Below, piece by piece: positions 30,017-39,219 of a DNA stretch of 64,000 nucleotides. Under the pieces are notes generated by a model that saw only the letters and a list, made by a program, of their open reading frames with translations, had not been told where the DNA came from and searched no databases. The position numbers and the translations under genes are program-made. The stretch is from Candidatus Binatia bacterium (GTDB lineage: Bacteria; Desulfobacterota; Binatia; Bin18), in contig OY761159.2 of NCBI GenBank assembly GCA_963664395.2, positions 1,920,001 to 1,984,000 on the forward strand. Direction: 5' to 3'. Numbering within the stretch: the first letter of the stretch is position 1; the number at the start of each line of letters is the position of its first letter.

Positions 30017-30775
30017 CTATTCGGATAAATATTCAACTTTTTCTAAAAAAGCCTGAGCCCCTCCGGATGTCCCTTTGGTATTCATCTGAAAGCCAAATCG
30101 ACTGATTGGGGGAACAACAGTGTGGCCAAACTGAGTTCGGAAGGTCTGGTCCAAATCAAATTCAGTCACAACACGCTCCCCCACCGGTACCCCGCACGGT
30201 ATACAGAAATAGCGTCCGCCGGTTTTATAGTAATTCCCGGTATACGCCTGATTTACCTGCTCTTTTTCTCCTAAGAAGAGGCCGATAGAGTACGGGGCAT
30301 TCGGGACAAAGAGCGAGCCACTCTTTATTTTTTTTGTCCCAAAGGTTGTCATAACCGCAATGGGGACCGCGGTGATCCCATTGCTCCAATCCGCCCCGCG
30401 TGGATAGCGTTCGACACCCCAATGAATACGAATTCGCTTGACCTGGGACACATGCAAAGGCAGCTCGAACAGTCCTGATTTTTGTCGGGAGGTCTGTAAT
30501 ACGAGTCGATTATTTTTGAAGCGCGGCTGTAAATCTTCTGCATCAAGACGGAAGGTAAATCCTTGCTGCTTCAACCATCCCTCTGCCGGACCATCCGGGT
30601 GGCCGGAGAAATCAATCGTATGCAGAGGAACTGCCAGAGCAACGGCCTCAGAGAGTCCACACCACAGCAGACACAGAATTCTGAGAGTCCACACTGAGTA
30701 AACGTGCCAACAGCTGCGTGTCTGTTGGAGGCCGCGTTTACTCAGCATCACACGATTAAGGCTAGGTGTCTGCAT
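30017..30775 (-). CDS. Exported hypothetical protein, DUF3047-like beta-sandwich
   Basis: Signal-like segment; IHWGVERYPRGAD resembles RWRATKLPLGANE in the protein at 62400. Start uncertain. Confidence 0.55.
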   Translation of the reverse strand: MQTPSLNRVMLSKRGLQQTRSCWHVYSVWTLRILCLLWCGLSEAVALAVPLHTIDFSGHPDGPAEGWLKQQGFTFRLDAEDLQPRFKNNRLVLQTSRQKSGLFELPLHVSQVKRIRIHWGVERYPRGADWSNGITAVPIAVMTTFGTKKIKSGSLFVPNAPYSIGLFLGEKEQVNQAYTGNYYKTGGRYFCIPCGVPVGERVVTEFDLDQTFRTQFGHTVVPPISRFGFQMNTKGTSGGAQAFLEKVEYLSE

Positions 30776-30955
30776 ATTTCTCCTGGTCTCGCCGTTTATC
30801 TTGATGATGAGCGGAGGCGAGCGCAAGGTCGCCCTCCAAATGGGTCTCCTGGGGGTCTCTTGCTGACTTGACGACGGCCATATTCCGGTCGAGAATGGCT
30901 CGCGGACGGACCGCGCAAACACTACGTCGTATGGGTATGATACAGGAGAATAAGT

Positions 30956-31948
30956 ATGGCTCGGATTGGTCTCGCTTTGGCCGGCGGTATGTCGCCCACT
31001 GATATTGTTGATTGTGTCAAATATGCAGAAGAGCAGGGCTATACTTCAGCCTGGTTTGCGGAAGGTCATGGCGGAGATCAGTTCTCTATTCTCACCGCCT
31101 GCGCCTTGGCCACCCGGCGCATACAGCTCGGAACAAGTATTAGTAGTATTTTCGTGCGCAGCGCGCCGACTATTGCCATGGCGGCCGCGTGCGTTGATCA
31201 TTATTCTCAGCAGCGCTTTATTTTGGGCTTAGGCTCAAGTCACAAGGTTCAGGTCGAACCGGAACATGGCATCCCGTATGGGCAGCCAGTCCAACGCATG
31301 CGAGAAACAGTTGAGATTATCCGGACGCTCCTGCGTGAGGGAGAAGTGTCCTATCACGGCGAGGTACTGACAATTGAGCGGTTTGATCTCTGGTTTCAGC
31401 CCGCCCGCACAGAACTGCCGATCTATATCTCAGCCGTCTTTCCGCAGATGCTCCAAGCCTGTGGTGAGCTCGCCCAAGGGACCATTCTGGTGTGGAGCGC
31501 CCCGGAAGCTGGCAAGCTGGCCGCTGAAAATATCGCGATTGGTGCGAGCCGAGCCGGCCGCAAGGTCGAAGATATCGACGTTGTCTCACTCCTGCCGATG
31601 AGTGTGGCCCAGGACCACCAAGAAGCTTTGGAACGTATGCGGCCCTTGGTCGCTTTCTATGGTGGATTCTTTCCCCGTTATAATCGCTCAATGGCTGAGC
31701 AGGGATTTCCCGAGGAAGCACGAGCTATTCGAGAGGCATGGCAAAAGGGTGATCGGCAAAAGGCGATCCAACTTGTTCCCGACCCATTGATTGAAACGGT
31801 GAGTGTCGTGGGGACACCGACCGAATGCCGAGAGCGGGTCGAAGCCTATCGCGACTCCGGCATCGTGCATCCGGTTATTTTCCCAGTGAGCGACGGCCCA
31901 ACCGGGAAACAGCACGTTCTGGACGCGGTACGGGCCTGTGCGCCCTAA
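30956..31948 (+). CDS. LLM-class (F420/flavin-dependent, Mer-like) oxidoreductase
   Basis: WFAEGHG, RFILGLGSSH, VGTPTECRER. Confidence 0.88.
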   Translation: MARIGLALAGGMSPTDIVDCVKYAEEQGYTSAWFAEGHGGDQFSILTACALATRRIQLGTSISSIFVRSAPTIAMAAACVDHYSQQRFILGLGSSHKVQVEPEHGIPYGQPVQRMRETVEIIRTLLREGEVSYHGEVLTIERFDLWFQPARTELPIYISAVFPQMLQACGELAQGTILVWSAPEAGKLAAENIAIGASRAGRKVEDIDVVSLLPMSVAQDHQEALERMRPLVAFYGGFFPRYNRSMAEQGFPEEARAIREAWQKGDRQKAIQLVPDPLIETVSVVGTPTECRERVEAYRDSGIVHPVIFPVSDGPTGKQHVLDAVRACAP

Positions 31949-31981
31949 GCTGTGGCGCGCGGTCAAAAAGTGAAGATAAAA

Positions 31982-32020
31982 TCCCCTCTTGGGAGGGGTG
32001 GCCGAAGGCCGGGGTGGGTT
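31982..32020. repeat. REP-like palindrome between convergent genes
   Basis: tcccctcttgggaggggtggccgaaggccggggtgggtt, with two short hairpins. Confidence 0.6.
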
Positions 32021-32029
32021 CCTGTTCCC

Positions 32030-33406
32030 TTATTGCCGCATTCCCACTGCCTTCAACTGCGCTATAAATTCCTCTTGCGACCGGGTTCCCTTCATGCTGT
32101 TACACGCCCCACACAACAGTTGTAAATTCTCCAGATGGTCACTCCCGCCTTTTGATTGTGGGATAACATGGTCTATCGTCATGTTGCGGAAGGGAAACAT
32201 AATCAGACAGCCTGCACAAATACCCTCCTGCTTACCGTACAGCGTATGTTTATGTGTCTTGTAGGAAGGAAGTTTCCCGAAGTCTGTCCGACTCGGAATG
32301 TCTGTTCTATGGTGAATCTCGTAGAACAAGCCCATTTCTTGTTTAATGCGGGATTTCACCAGGGAAGCCGCCACAGGAGAGAGATCAATCCCCACCCATT
32401 GGCGCTTTAATTTTTCAGCGGCCACACACGCCGTCGCACATCCACAAAATGAGTCTAAGACCGTATCCCCTTTGTTGGAAGAGGCTTGGATGATTCGTTC
32501 AAGGAGCTTGAGGGGTTTTTGCGTAGGATAGCCGACATGCTCCTTTGCACTAGCCTGAATAGAACCAAAGTCCATCCATAGGTCGTCCACGGCCCGACCC
32601 TTTTGTTCGTCCAAGTAGCGCTTCAGACTCGGGACCCCTCCAGGTTTTGTCTGTACGACGAGCCCATCCTCATATGCCTTTTGCATCCGCTCTTTCGTCC
32701 AACGCCACACCCTCGTCACGCCCAAAAACTCATAGGTCAGGTTTGGCCGGTTTTTATTTGGATTAGCAAGATTGTCCAGCCGATAGCGTCGCCCTGTTTC
32801 AGGCTCAACATGCCGATATGATTTTTTCACATAGTCGGCATCATGCGCCTGATATTGGGGATTCCATGACGGCTCTTTTGTTTTGGCATAGTACAGTAGG
32901 ACATCATGGTTGGAAGCAAACCGAGTGGAAGCTAACCCCTTTGCATTCGTTCTACGCCACACAATCTCATTCCGAAAATTCTTTGCCCTGAATATCGCGT
33001 CCATGAGGGTTTTCAGGTAATGGCTCGCAGTCGGATCACAATGAAGATAAACGGAGCCGGTCGGCTTCAGTAGCCGGTGCATCTCCAAGAGGCGCACGGC
33101 CATCATAATTAGATACGATTTCATCCTCTTACCGTGCGAATGCCCAGCAGCGTCAATAATGCCGTATAAAGCCGGTTCTTTGTCCGCTATCTCCCCGTGC
33201 CATGCCTCATCTACATCGCTCAGGGTCCAGGTATCCTTGAAAGCCGCGCCCGCCGCTTCACTGCCTATCGGTGCGGAATAGTTCTGGTTCGAGTTGAATG
33301 GCGGATCAAGATAAATCAAATCGACAGATTCGGAGTTCATCCCCCGCATGATGTCGAGGTTATCACCCGTCCATAATGTCCGGTTTTTCCAATTCGGTTG
33401 CGCCAT
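32030..33406 (-). CDS. Beta-class amino (N6A/N4C) DNA methyltransferase fused to a C-terminal HNH endonuclease
   Basis: Motif IV DPPF precedes YPTQKP and motif I LDSFCGCAT; C-terminal CAGC...IDHVIPQSKGGSDHLENLQLLCGACNSMKG. Confidence 0.92.
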   Translation of the reverse strand: MAQPNWKNRTLWTGDNLDIMRGMNSESVDLIYLDPPFNSNQNYSAPIGSEAAGAAFKDTWTLSDVDEAWHGEIADKEPALYGIIDAAGHSHGKRMKSYLIMMAVRLLEMHRLLKPTGSVYLHCDPTASHYLKTLMDAIFRAKNFRNEIVWRRTNAKGLASTRFASNHDVLLYYAKTKEPSWNPQYQAHDADYVKKSYRHVEPETGRRYRLDNLANPNKNRPNLTYEFLGVTRVWRWTKERMQKAYEDGLVVQTKPGGVPSLKRYLDEQKGRAVDDLWMDFGSIQASAKEHVGYPTQKPLKLLERIIQASSNKGDTVLDSFCGCATACVAAEKLKRQWVGIDLSPVAASLVKSRIKQEMGLFYEIHHRTDIPSRTDFGKLPSYKTHKHTLYGKQEGICAGCLIMFPFRNMTIDHVIPQSKGGSDHLENLQLLCGACNSMKGTRSQEEFIAQLKAVGMRQ

Positions 33407-33482
33407 ACCTTACTCAGCAATCAAATCCTGATATCGTGGTTAGTCATTCGCCAATCTCCACTCTATCCGCCTCATCTGGTCG

Positions 33483-33736
33483 GCTATAGATGATAGGTTT
33501 TTGTTCTTCTTTCTGAAAGCCCACAAACGAAGGATACCAATGTCTTCGAGTAGGTTCTGGACTCCCCAATATTCAAAAGGAAAGATGTTCTTCGATATGG
33601 TATCTATTTACCAAAGTTAGAATTTCAAGTTCATACCGCAAAACTAATGGACTCGACCGAGACCGAACTCGTCCTTCTGAAAACCAGGCTTACAATCTTG
33701 AAACGTCAGAAACGCGGCCTGATGCAATACGGGTAA
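33483..33736 (+). pseudogene. hsdS: Frameshifted 3' remnant of a type I restriction specificity subunit
   Basis: Not in the ORF track. Across two +1 shifts it reads AIDDRFLFFFLKAHKRRI / QCLRVGSGLPNIQK / KDVLRYGIYLPKLEFQVHTAKLMDSTETELVLLKTRLTILKRQKRGLMQYG*. The LPxLxxQ and QKRGLMQ motifs match HsdS. Confidence 0.8.
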
Positions 33737-33783
33737 ATGGCAGATGAATACGTCTGAATTTTGCTGAGAGGGGAGCAACAGCA

Positions 33784-36700
33784 ATGCCTCTACCGGGGGG
33801 TCCTTCTGACAAGCTTGGCAATCGCTACGAACTGTGGTGGACGGTATCGCAGCTTGTCCGAATCATGGATGGGCAGGCCGAAAGCATCCGAATTGAGGAT
33901 CCGACGGTCGATAAAGCTGAGTTTGTAATCACCGTTGGAAACCAAGAAGAGCTTCATCAGGCAAAACGCAGTCATCCAAATGGTAAGTGGAGCCTGTATT
34001 CTCTCGGAGGCGACGGCCTGCTTCAAGCAATATTTGATCAGCTTTCTAAAAATTCCAATATACGATTCATTTTTGTTTCAGGTAGTGATGCCCCGGAGTT
34101 GAGAGAGCTGACGGAGCGGGCCGTAAGTGCGGAGAATCTGGAGGAATTTAAGGCAGTATTTGTCAGCGCCAAGGCTCACAAGGAAACGCTCGGGAAACTC
34201 AAAGGTTTCTGGCGTGGCACAGACACCGCCACGGCATACGAGATACTTCAGCGTATCGAAGTCCGTACAATTGATGAGAGAGGGCTTGAAGAACAGGTGC
34301 GAGGATCGTTGCAGGTGCGGTTCTTGACCAATCCGAATGACGTTTACGACACCCTTCGTAGCATTGTTGAAGATTCAATTCACAAGACCGTAGATCGTGA
34401 ATCCCTGGTTTCTATCCTTCAGAGCAGGGGCTTCACGTTGCGGAAACTCACCAAACCGGATGACGCCCCTGCGCTTATTTCTGAGGTAGCGGATTCCTAT
34501 CTCGAAGCCGCACGCCGAAAGCTCATCCAAGGCTCACTCATCCCTCGCTCTTCGACTCGGGAGCTGCTTGCCAAGATAAAAGAGAACGCCGGCAGGGGGG
34601 CGGATTGCGTTCTTACCGGCAAGGCAGGAGGCGGTAAGACAGGCTGTGTCATTGAATGTGTAGAAAAGCTCCGCCAAAGCGATAATCCTGTCGCGGTGCT
34701 TGCCTTTCGTCTGGATCGCATAGGGCCGGTAGCGTCAACCAAGGAATTAGGCGAACAGCTTGGCCTCGAAGAATCTCCAGCTCTCGTACTGGCGACGGCG
34801 GCTGAGACCATGTCGAGCGAGGCCGTCCTTGTGATTGACCAACTCGATGCTGTGAGCACCACATCCGGCCGTAGTGCAGACTTCTTTTATGTTGTGGAAG
34901 ACCTTTTGAGCGAAGTACGAAATTTGCGTAGCAGAGTGAGATTTCACGTCGTAGTTGTCTGTAGAGAGTTTGACTGGAAGAACGATCACCGCTTACGCCC
35001 CCTTCTTCCTGAGAATTCTCCGAATATCGCCGTTACGGACTTCTCTCTGGACGAGGTAAAATCCGCGCTTACTACCAGCGGTTTCGACACTGAGTTGTTT
35101 GGCGCAAGGCAACTGGAGCTGCTTTGTATTCCCCAGAATCTGGCGTTGTTCCTTGATGCTCATTACGATCCCCACTTGCGGCCACTGTTCTCTTCCCACA
35201 AAGAACTGTTCGACCAGTACTGGAAAGAGAAACGCCGGAAGGTCAATGAGCGCGCTAATCCCTTGTCCGATCACTGGAGCGGCGTGATCCAGGTATTGTG
35301 CGTTGAGATGACCGCATCGCAGCAACTCTCGGCACTGAAGGAGAAGCTGGACCAATTCCCGAGCGACTATCTTGACCAGATGGCGTCAGAGGGCGTGCTT
35401 TCGTTCGATGGAAAGCGCTACGGCTTCGGCCATGAGTCATTTTTCGACTACTGTTTCGCCCGCGGCTTTGTCGCAAAAGAGGAATCTTTGACAGCGTTCC
35501 TGTTGAACTCTGAGCAACATCTCTTTCGACGGGCACAGGTGAGACAAGTTCTCGAATATCTTCGTGACGCCGGCCGGGACCGGTATTGTAGGGAACTTAG
35601 CGGATTACTGACGGATGAGAGAATTCGCGTTCATCTCAAGGACCTTGCTGTTTCCTTGGCTGTCTCGCTGCCAAACCCCGAAGAGAACGAATGGGAGGTG
35701 CTTGCGCCGTGGATCGAATCTCAGCTTGAAGCACTCAGCAGCGGCAAACCGAATCCAGACAAGTTTACGTCTTTAGTCTGGAACAAAGTTTTCTTTTCGC
35801 AGCAATGGTTTCAGATTGTGGATCAAAAAGGTCTGGTTGCGAATTGGCTCTCATCCGAGAATGACGCTCTTGTCAACATAGGCGTGAACTATGTCAGTTC
35901 TCACCAGAGGCATTCAGGCGACAGAGTGGCTGAGCTTCTTGAGCCATTTGTGGGAAGGGGTGGCGAATGGTCTCAACGGTTAAGCCACGTTATGCAACTG
36001 GCTGATCTTGAAAACAGCCGAGGATTCTTTGATCTATTTCTGAGGTTAATAGACGATGGAGCCCTGGACGACGCTCGTGGGTTCGCCGTTAATAGTACCT
36101 TCTGGAGTCTGCTGTATAGCTTGGCGAAGGCACGCCCCGCTTGGATTGCCGAGGTAGCTGCTCATTGGCTACTCAGACGACTTTCGATTACCCGAGAAAT
36201 CAAGGACGATGCAGGTAAGCCTAACTGGTATAATCTGTTCGGCTACGATGAATTTGGCTCAAAACCCATTTCTGACTCGGCAGAAAAAGCTCCTGAAGAG
36301 TTCGCACGTTATGTTCTACCGGTGGTCCTAAAAATTGCCAATGAAGCCGTCGCCGACGAGGAGAAACCCGCACCTAAGTATGACGCAGTGTGGAGGATTC
36401 CGTTCGACAGTGAGCATCCTTTAATTGGCCAGGCCTGCAGAAACGCGACTGCTGCGGCAATAGAAAAACTGGCTGAGATTAGAGCAGACAGTATTGATGG
36501 AATTCTTACGGAGTTGCGCATCCGTGACACCTACATGGCAAATTATCTTCTGCTTCGCGCCTACACGGCTGGCGCAAGGTACTTTGCCAATGACGCAGTT
36601 TCTGAACTGTGTGACAAAACTTGGCGTTTTGAATGCGGATACGCTGACAGCACCCACTGGACAGCAATTCAATTGATAAAGTCGGTTGCCCCACTTTGTT

Positions 36701-38355
36701 CCAACGAGAATCGTGCCAGACTCGAAAATACGATCCTCGACTATGTCCCCCATTACGAGCGTACTCCCGGCGGATATAAATTGAGAGGGAACGCTTGTTT
36801 TGCTCTACTATCGGGTATTCCGGCTGGATTGCGTAGCAAGAACGCTCAGGCGCGCTACGCAAAACTTGAACGTCAGTTTGGAGTGGCGGCATCCCCTCCT
36901 CAAAAAATCCAAATGCGTCTTGTAGGCTCTCCGATTGAAAAGTCCGCAGCCGAGAAAATGACAGATGAGCAATGGCTCCGAGCAATTAAAAAGTATGATT
37001 CGGAGGAAAGGCGCAACTGGCAGAACCTTGAAAGGGGTGGAGGGGCCTTGGAGCTTGCGCGAATCCTGCAAGAGCACGTGAAAGAAGAGCCAGAACGGTT
37101 TGCCCGCTTGAGCCTCATATTTCCATCAGACACAAATCCACTCTACGTGGAACGCACACTCATGGGCTTAAAGGAAACAAGAGACTTCACGGAACTTAAA
37201 CTACAAGTCTGCCGCAAAGCATACTCCGAGGCTCGTAAAGACTGTGGACAAGCAATTGCCGACTTGCTGGGCTCTATCGAAGAGGCACTTCCCGACGACG
37301 CTGTAGAGATGCTCAACTGGTTGGCAACCAAGCATCCCGAACCAGAGAAGGAGTTGTGGAGAGAAAAAGCCCCGAGTGGTGGTGTCTACTATGGCGGGGA
37401 CATTCTCACACACGGCATAAACACAACACGTGGGCGTGCTGCCGGGGCCATTCATGACCTTATCCTACGTGATGTCTCGTACATTGAGCGTTTTCGCACC
37501 ACCATTGAGCGGTTGGTCAACGATAAAAGTGTAACCGTTCGGGCCTGCACTAGCCCCATTCTCTTGGCGATAATCAATCATGACTCGGAATTTGCTTTAG
37601 AACAGTTTCTGAGACTCGTCGAACCTCGGGACAACCGAACTGACGATGATCATCTACTGGTGACGCACTACGTGGAATACTTCATCAATTACGGGCTATG
37701 TGAACATTTTGGACGCCTTCGGCACGTTGTTGAACGGATGCTACGGTCTGGACAGCCTGAAACAAGCAAAGCCGGAGCTCGGCTGTCGAGCATTGCGGTG
37801 CTCCTTCATCACGACGACGCTGAAGCCCTCGTAGAAGAAGCTCTCTGCGGCAACTCGTCGCAGAGGCTCGGAGTGGCGCAGGTGGTCTCTTCTAATATTG
37901 GTAAGGCGGAACACCGGCAATGGTCAGAGCAACAACTCCTACCGCTTTTCAACGATAGTGATAGCGAGGTCCGTCAAGAAGCTGCAAGTTGTTTTCGTAG
38001 CTTGGAAGGACAACCTTTGGAGTCCTACGAAAATCTAATCAATGAATTCTGCGATAGTGCGGCCTACCAGGAAGACTCGTTTTCTCTCCTTCACGCCCTT
38101 GAGGAATCTCCGCAAAAACTTCCTGGTATCACTCACACTGTCTGCGAGAAGTTTCTCGAACGATTCAGTGATGAGGCGGGGGATATGCGTACACATCGCG
38201 CACTTGATAGCCGCAACTTGGCAAAACTCATTCTCAGGACATACCATCAACATCAACATGACGAGTGGGCTTCTAAATGTCTCGATCTGATAGACCAGAT
38301 GTGCCTTGAGGGAACTTATGAAATCAGGACCAATCTGGACGAGTACGAACGGTAA
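33784..38355 (+). CDS. Avs/NLR-like protein: N-terminal PD-(D/E)xK-like nuclease, STAND NTPase, long helical-repeat sensor region
   Basis: GNRYE...AEF...HQAK nuclease-like motif; Walker A GKAGGGKT, Walker B VLVIDQLD, sensor VVCR; HEAT-like LFNDSDSEVRQEAA; 1523 aa. Confidence 0.8.
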   Translation: MPLPGGPSDKLGNRYELWWTVSQLVRIMDGQAESIRIEDPTVDKAEFVITVGNQEELHQAKRSHPNGKWSLYSLGGDGLLQAIFDQLSKNSNIRFIFVSGSDAPELRELTERAVSAENLEEFKAVFVSAKAHKETLGKLKGFWRGTDTATAYEILQRIEVRTIDERGLEEQVRGSLQVRFLTNPNDVYDTLRSIVEDSIHKTVDRESLVSILQSRGFTLRKLTKPDDAPALISEVADSYLEAARRKLIQGSLIPRSSTRELLAKIKENAGRGADCVLTGKAGGGKTGCVIECVEKLRQSDNPVAVLAFRLDRIGPVASTKELGEQLGLEESPALVLATAAETMSSEAVLVIDQLDAVSTTSGRSADFFYVVEDLLSEVRNLRSRVRFHVVVVCREFDWKNDHRLRPLLPENSPNIAVTDFSLDEVKSALTTSGFDTELFGARQLELLCIPQNLALFLDAHYDPHLRPLFSSHKELFDQYWKEKRRKVNERANPLSDHWSGVIQVLCVEMTASQQLSALKEKLDQFPSDYLDQMASEGVLSFDGKRYGFGHESFFDYCFARGFVAKEESLTAFLLNSEQHLFRRAQVRQVLEYLRDAGRDRYCRELSGLLTDERIRVHLKDLAVSLAVSLPNPEENEWEVLAPWIESQLEALSSGKPNPDKFTSLVWNKVFFSQQWFQIVDQKGLVANWLSSENDALVNIGVNYVSSHQRHSGDRVAELLEPFVGRGGEWSQRLSHVMQLADLENSRGFFDLFLRLIDDGALDDARGFAVNSTFWSLLYSLAKARPAWIAEVAAHWLLRRLSITREIKDDAGKPNWYNLFGYDEFGSKPISDSAEKAPEEFARYVLPVVLKIANEAVADEEKPAPKYDAVWRIPFDSEHPLIGQACRNATAAAIEKLAEIRADSIDGILTELRIRDTYMANYLLLRAYTAGARYFANDAVSELCDKTWRFECGYADSTHWTAIQLIKSVAPLCSNENRARLENTILDYVPHYERTPGGYKLRGNACFALLSGIPAGLRSKNAQARYAKLERQFGVAASPPQKIQMRLVGSPIEKSAAEKMTDEQWLRAIKKYDSEERRNWQNLERGGGALELARILQEHVKEEPERFARLSLIFPSDTNPLYVERTLMGLKETRDFTELKLQVCRKAYSEARKDCGQAIADLLGSIEEALPDDAVEMLNWLATKHPEPEKELWREKAPSGGVYYGGDILTHGINTTRGRAAGAIHDLILRDVSYIERFRTTIERLVNDKSVTVRACTSPILLAIINHDSEFALEQFLRLVEPRDNRTDDDHLLVTHYVEYFINYGLCEHFGRLRHVVERMLRSGQPETSKAGARLSSIAVLLHHDDAEALVEEALCGNSSQRLGVAQVVSSNIGKAEHRQWSEQQLLPLFNDSDSEVRQEAASCFRSLEGQPLESYENLINEFCDSAAYQEDSFSLLHALEESPQKLPGITHTVCEKFLERFSDEAGDMRTHRALDSRNLAKLILRTYHQHQHDEWASKCLDLIDQMCLEGTYEIRTNLDEYER

Positions 38356-38384
38356 CGCGGATAGGGATCACGCATTAGCGGGAC

Positions 38385-38416
38385 ATGTTGGATTACGCCT
38401 TGCTAATCCAACCTAC
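38385..38416. repeat. GTAG-type REP palindrome
   Basis: Minus strand gtaggttggattagcaaggcgtaatccaacat; stem ttggatta/taatccaa. Confidence 0.7.
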
Positions 38417-38425
38417 GGGAACTGA

Positions 38426-38713
38426 CTACGCGGCTTTTGCTTCGATCTGGAACCGGACACGCAAGCCGGCTCGGGCCAGCATGTTGATAAGTTTATCGAT
38501 ACTAAAGCGACTAATCTCTCCTTTCATTAAATTACTGATACGAGGCTGGGTCTCACCAAAGAAGGCAGCGGCCTCAACTTGGGTCCAGCCCTGGTCTTGA
38601 ATGTATTGCCGTATGTCGAGCATGAGGTCGGCCCGGATTTTCAAATTGGCTGCTTCTTCTGCATCAAATCCTAGGTCCACAAAGACATTGTCCTGGCCTC
38701 GTGTGATGTTCAT
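38426..38713 (-). CDS. higA: HigA-like XRE HTH antitoxin
   Basis: NVFVDLGF, TQVEAA..TQPRISNLMKG..FSIDKL; ATGA coupling to the toxin. Confidence 0.88.
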   Translation of the reverse strand: MNITRGQDNVFVDLGFDAEEAANLKIRADLMLDIRQYIQDQGWTQVEAAAFFGETQPRISNLMKGEISRFSIDKLINMLARAGLRVRFQIEAKAA

Positions 38714-39060
38714 GATCTTATCTCCGCTTTCGATTGTTGACGCCGCTGCACGATTCGATACCGCTGCTGACCGATTTCAATATCTTGCTTCGCTGTCCTT
38801 TGCGTTTTTTTCTGAAAGGCATGCAGAACGTAAATTACTTCCTCGAGCTTCGCCACATAAAACACACGGTACGCCCCTCTAGCACGGATACGAATCTCCT
38901 GGACTCCAGGACCAACGGCGGGCATAGGCCGAAAATCCATTGGATCTTGTCCACGCTGAATCGCTCGCAATTCGAGACCAGCTTTCCGCTTGGCCTCTTG
39001 TGGAAATTGACGGATGTCATCCAGCGACGATCCAATCCAGGCGAGTAGTTTATCACTCAT
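38710..39060 (-). CDS. higB: RelE/HigB (Gp49-like) toxin
   Basis: WIGSSLDD, VGPGVQEIRI, YRVFYVAK, VLHAFQKKT. Confidence 0.9.
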   Translation of the reverse strand: MSDKLLAWIGSSLDDIRQFPQEAKRKAGLELRAIQRGQDPMDFRPMPAVGPGVQEIRIRARGAYRVFYVAKLEEVIYVLHAFQKKTQRTAKQDIEIGQQRYRIVQRRQQSKAEIRS

Positions 39061-39061
39061 A

Positions 39062-39079
39062 TATGCCTAATATGGCATA
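39062..39079. promoter_or_regulatory. Putative HigA operator in the higBA promoter
   Basis: TATGCC-taatat-GGCATA one base from the toxin ATG; no SD sequence; minus-strand TTGACA at 39098-39103. Confidence 0.6.
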
Positions 39080-39219
39080 CCGAGTGCTGGCAGCTATTGT
39101 CAAGCAAGGGCTGCCATAGCGTCCCATTGGGCCGAGGAATCCAGGTCGGTGCTTGTCCGAACCTCCTTATAGAAGCAAAAGAGCGACACAATCTGGACAC
39201 CGGAGGAGACGCTCGGCGC

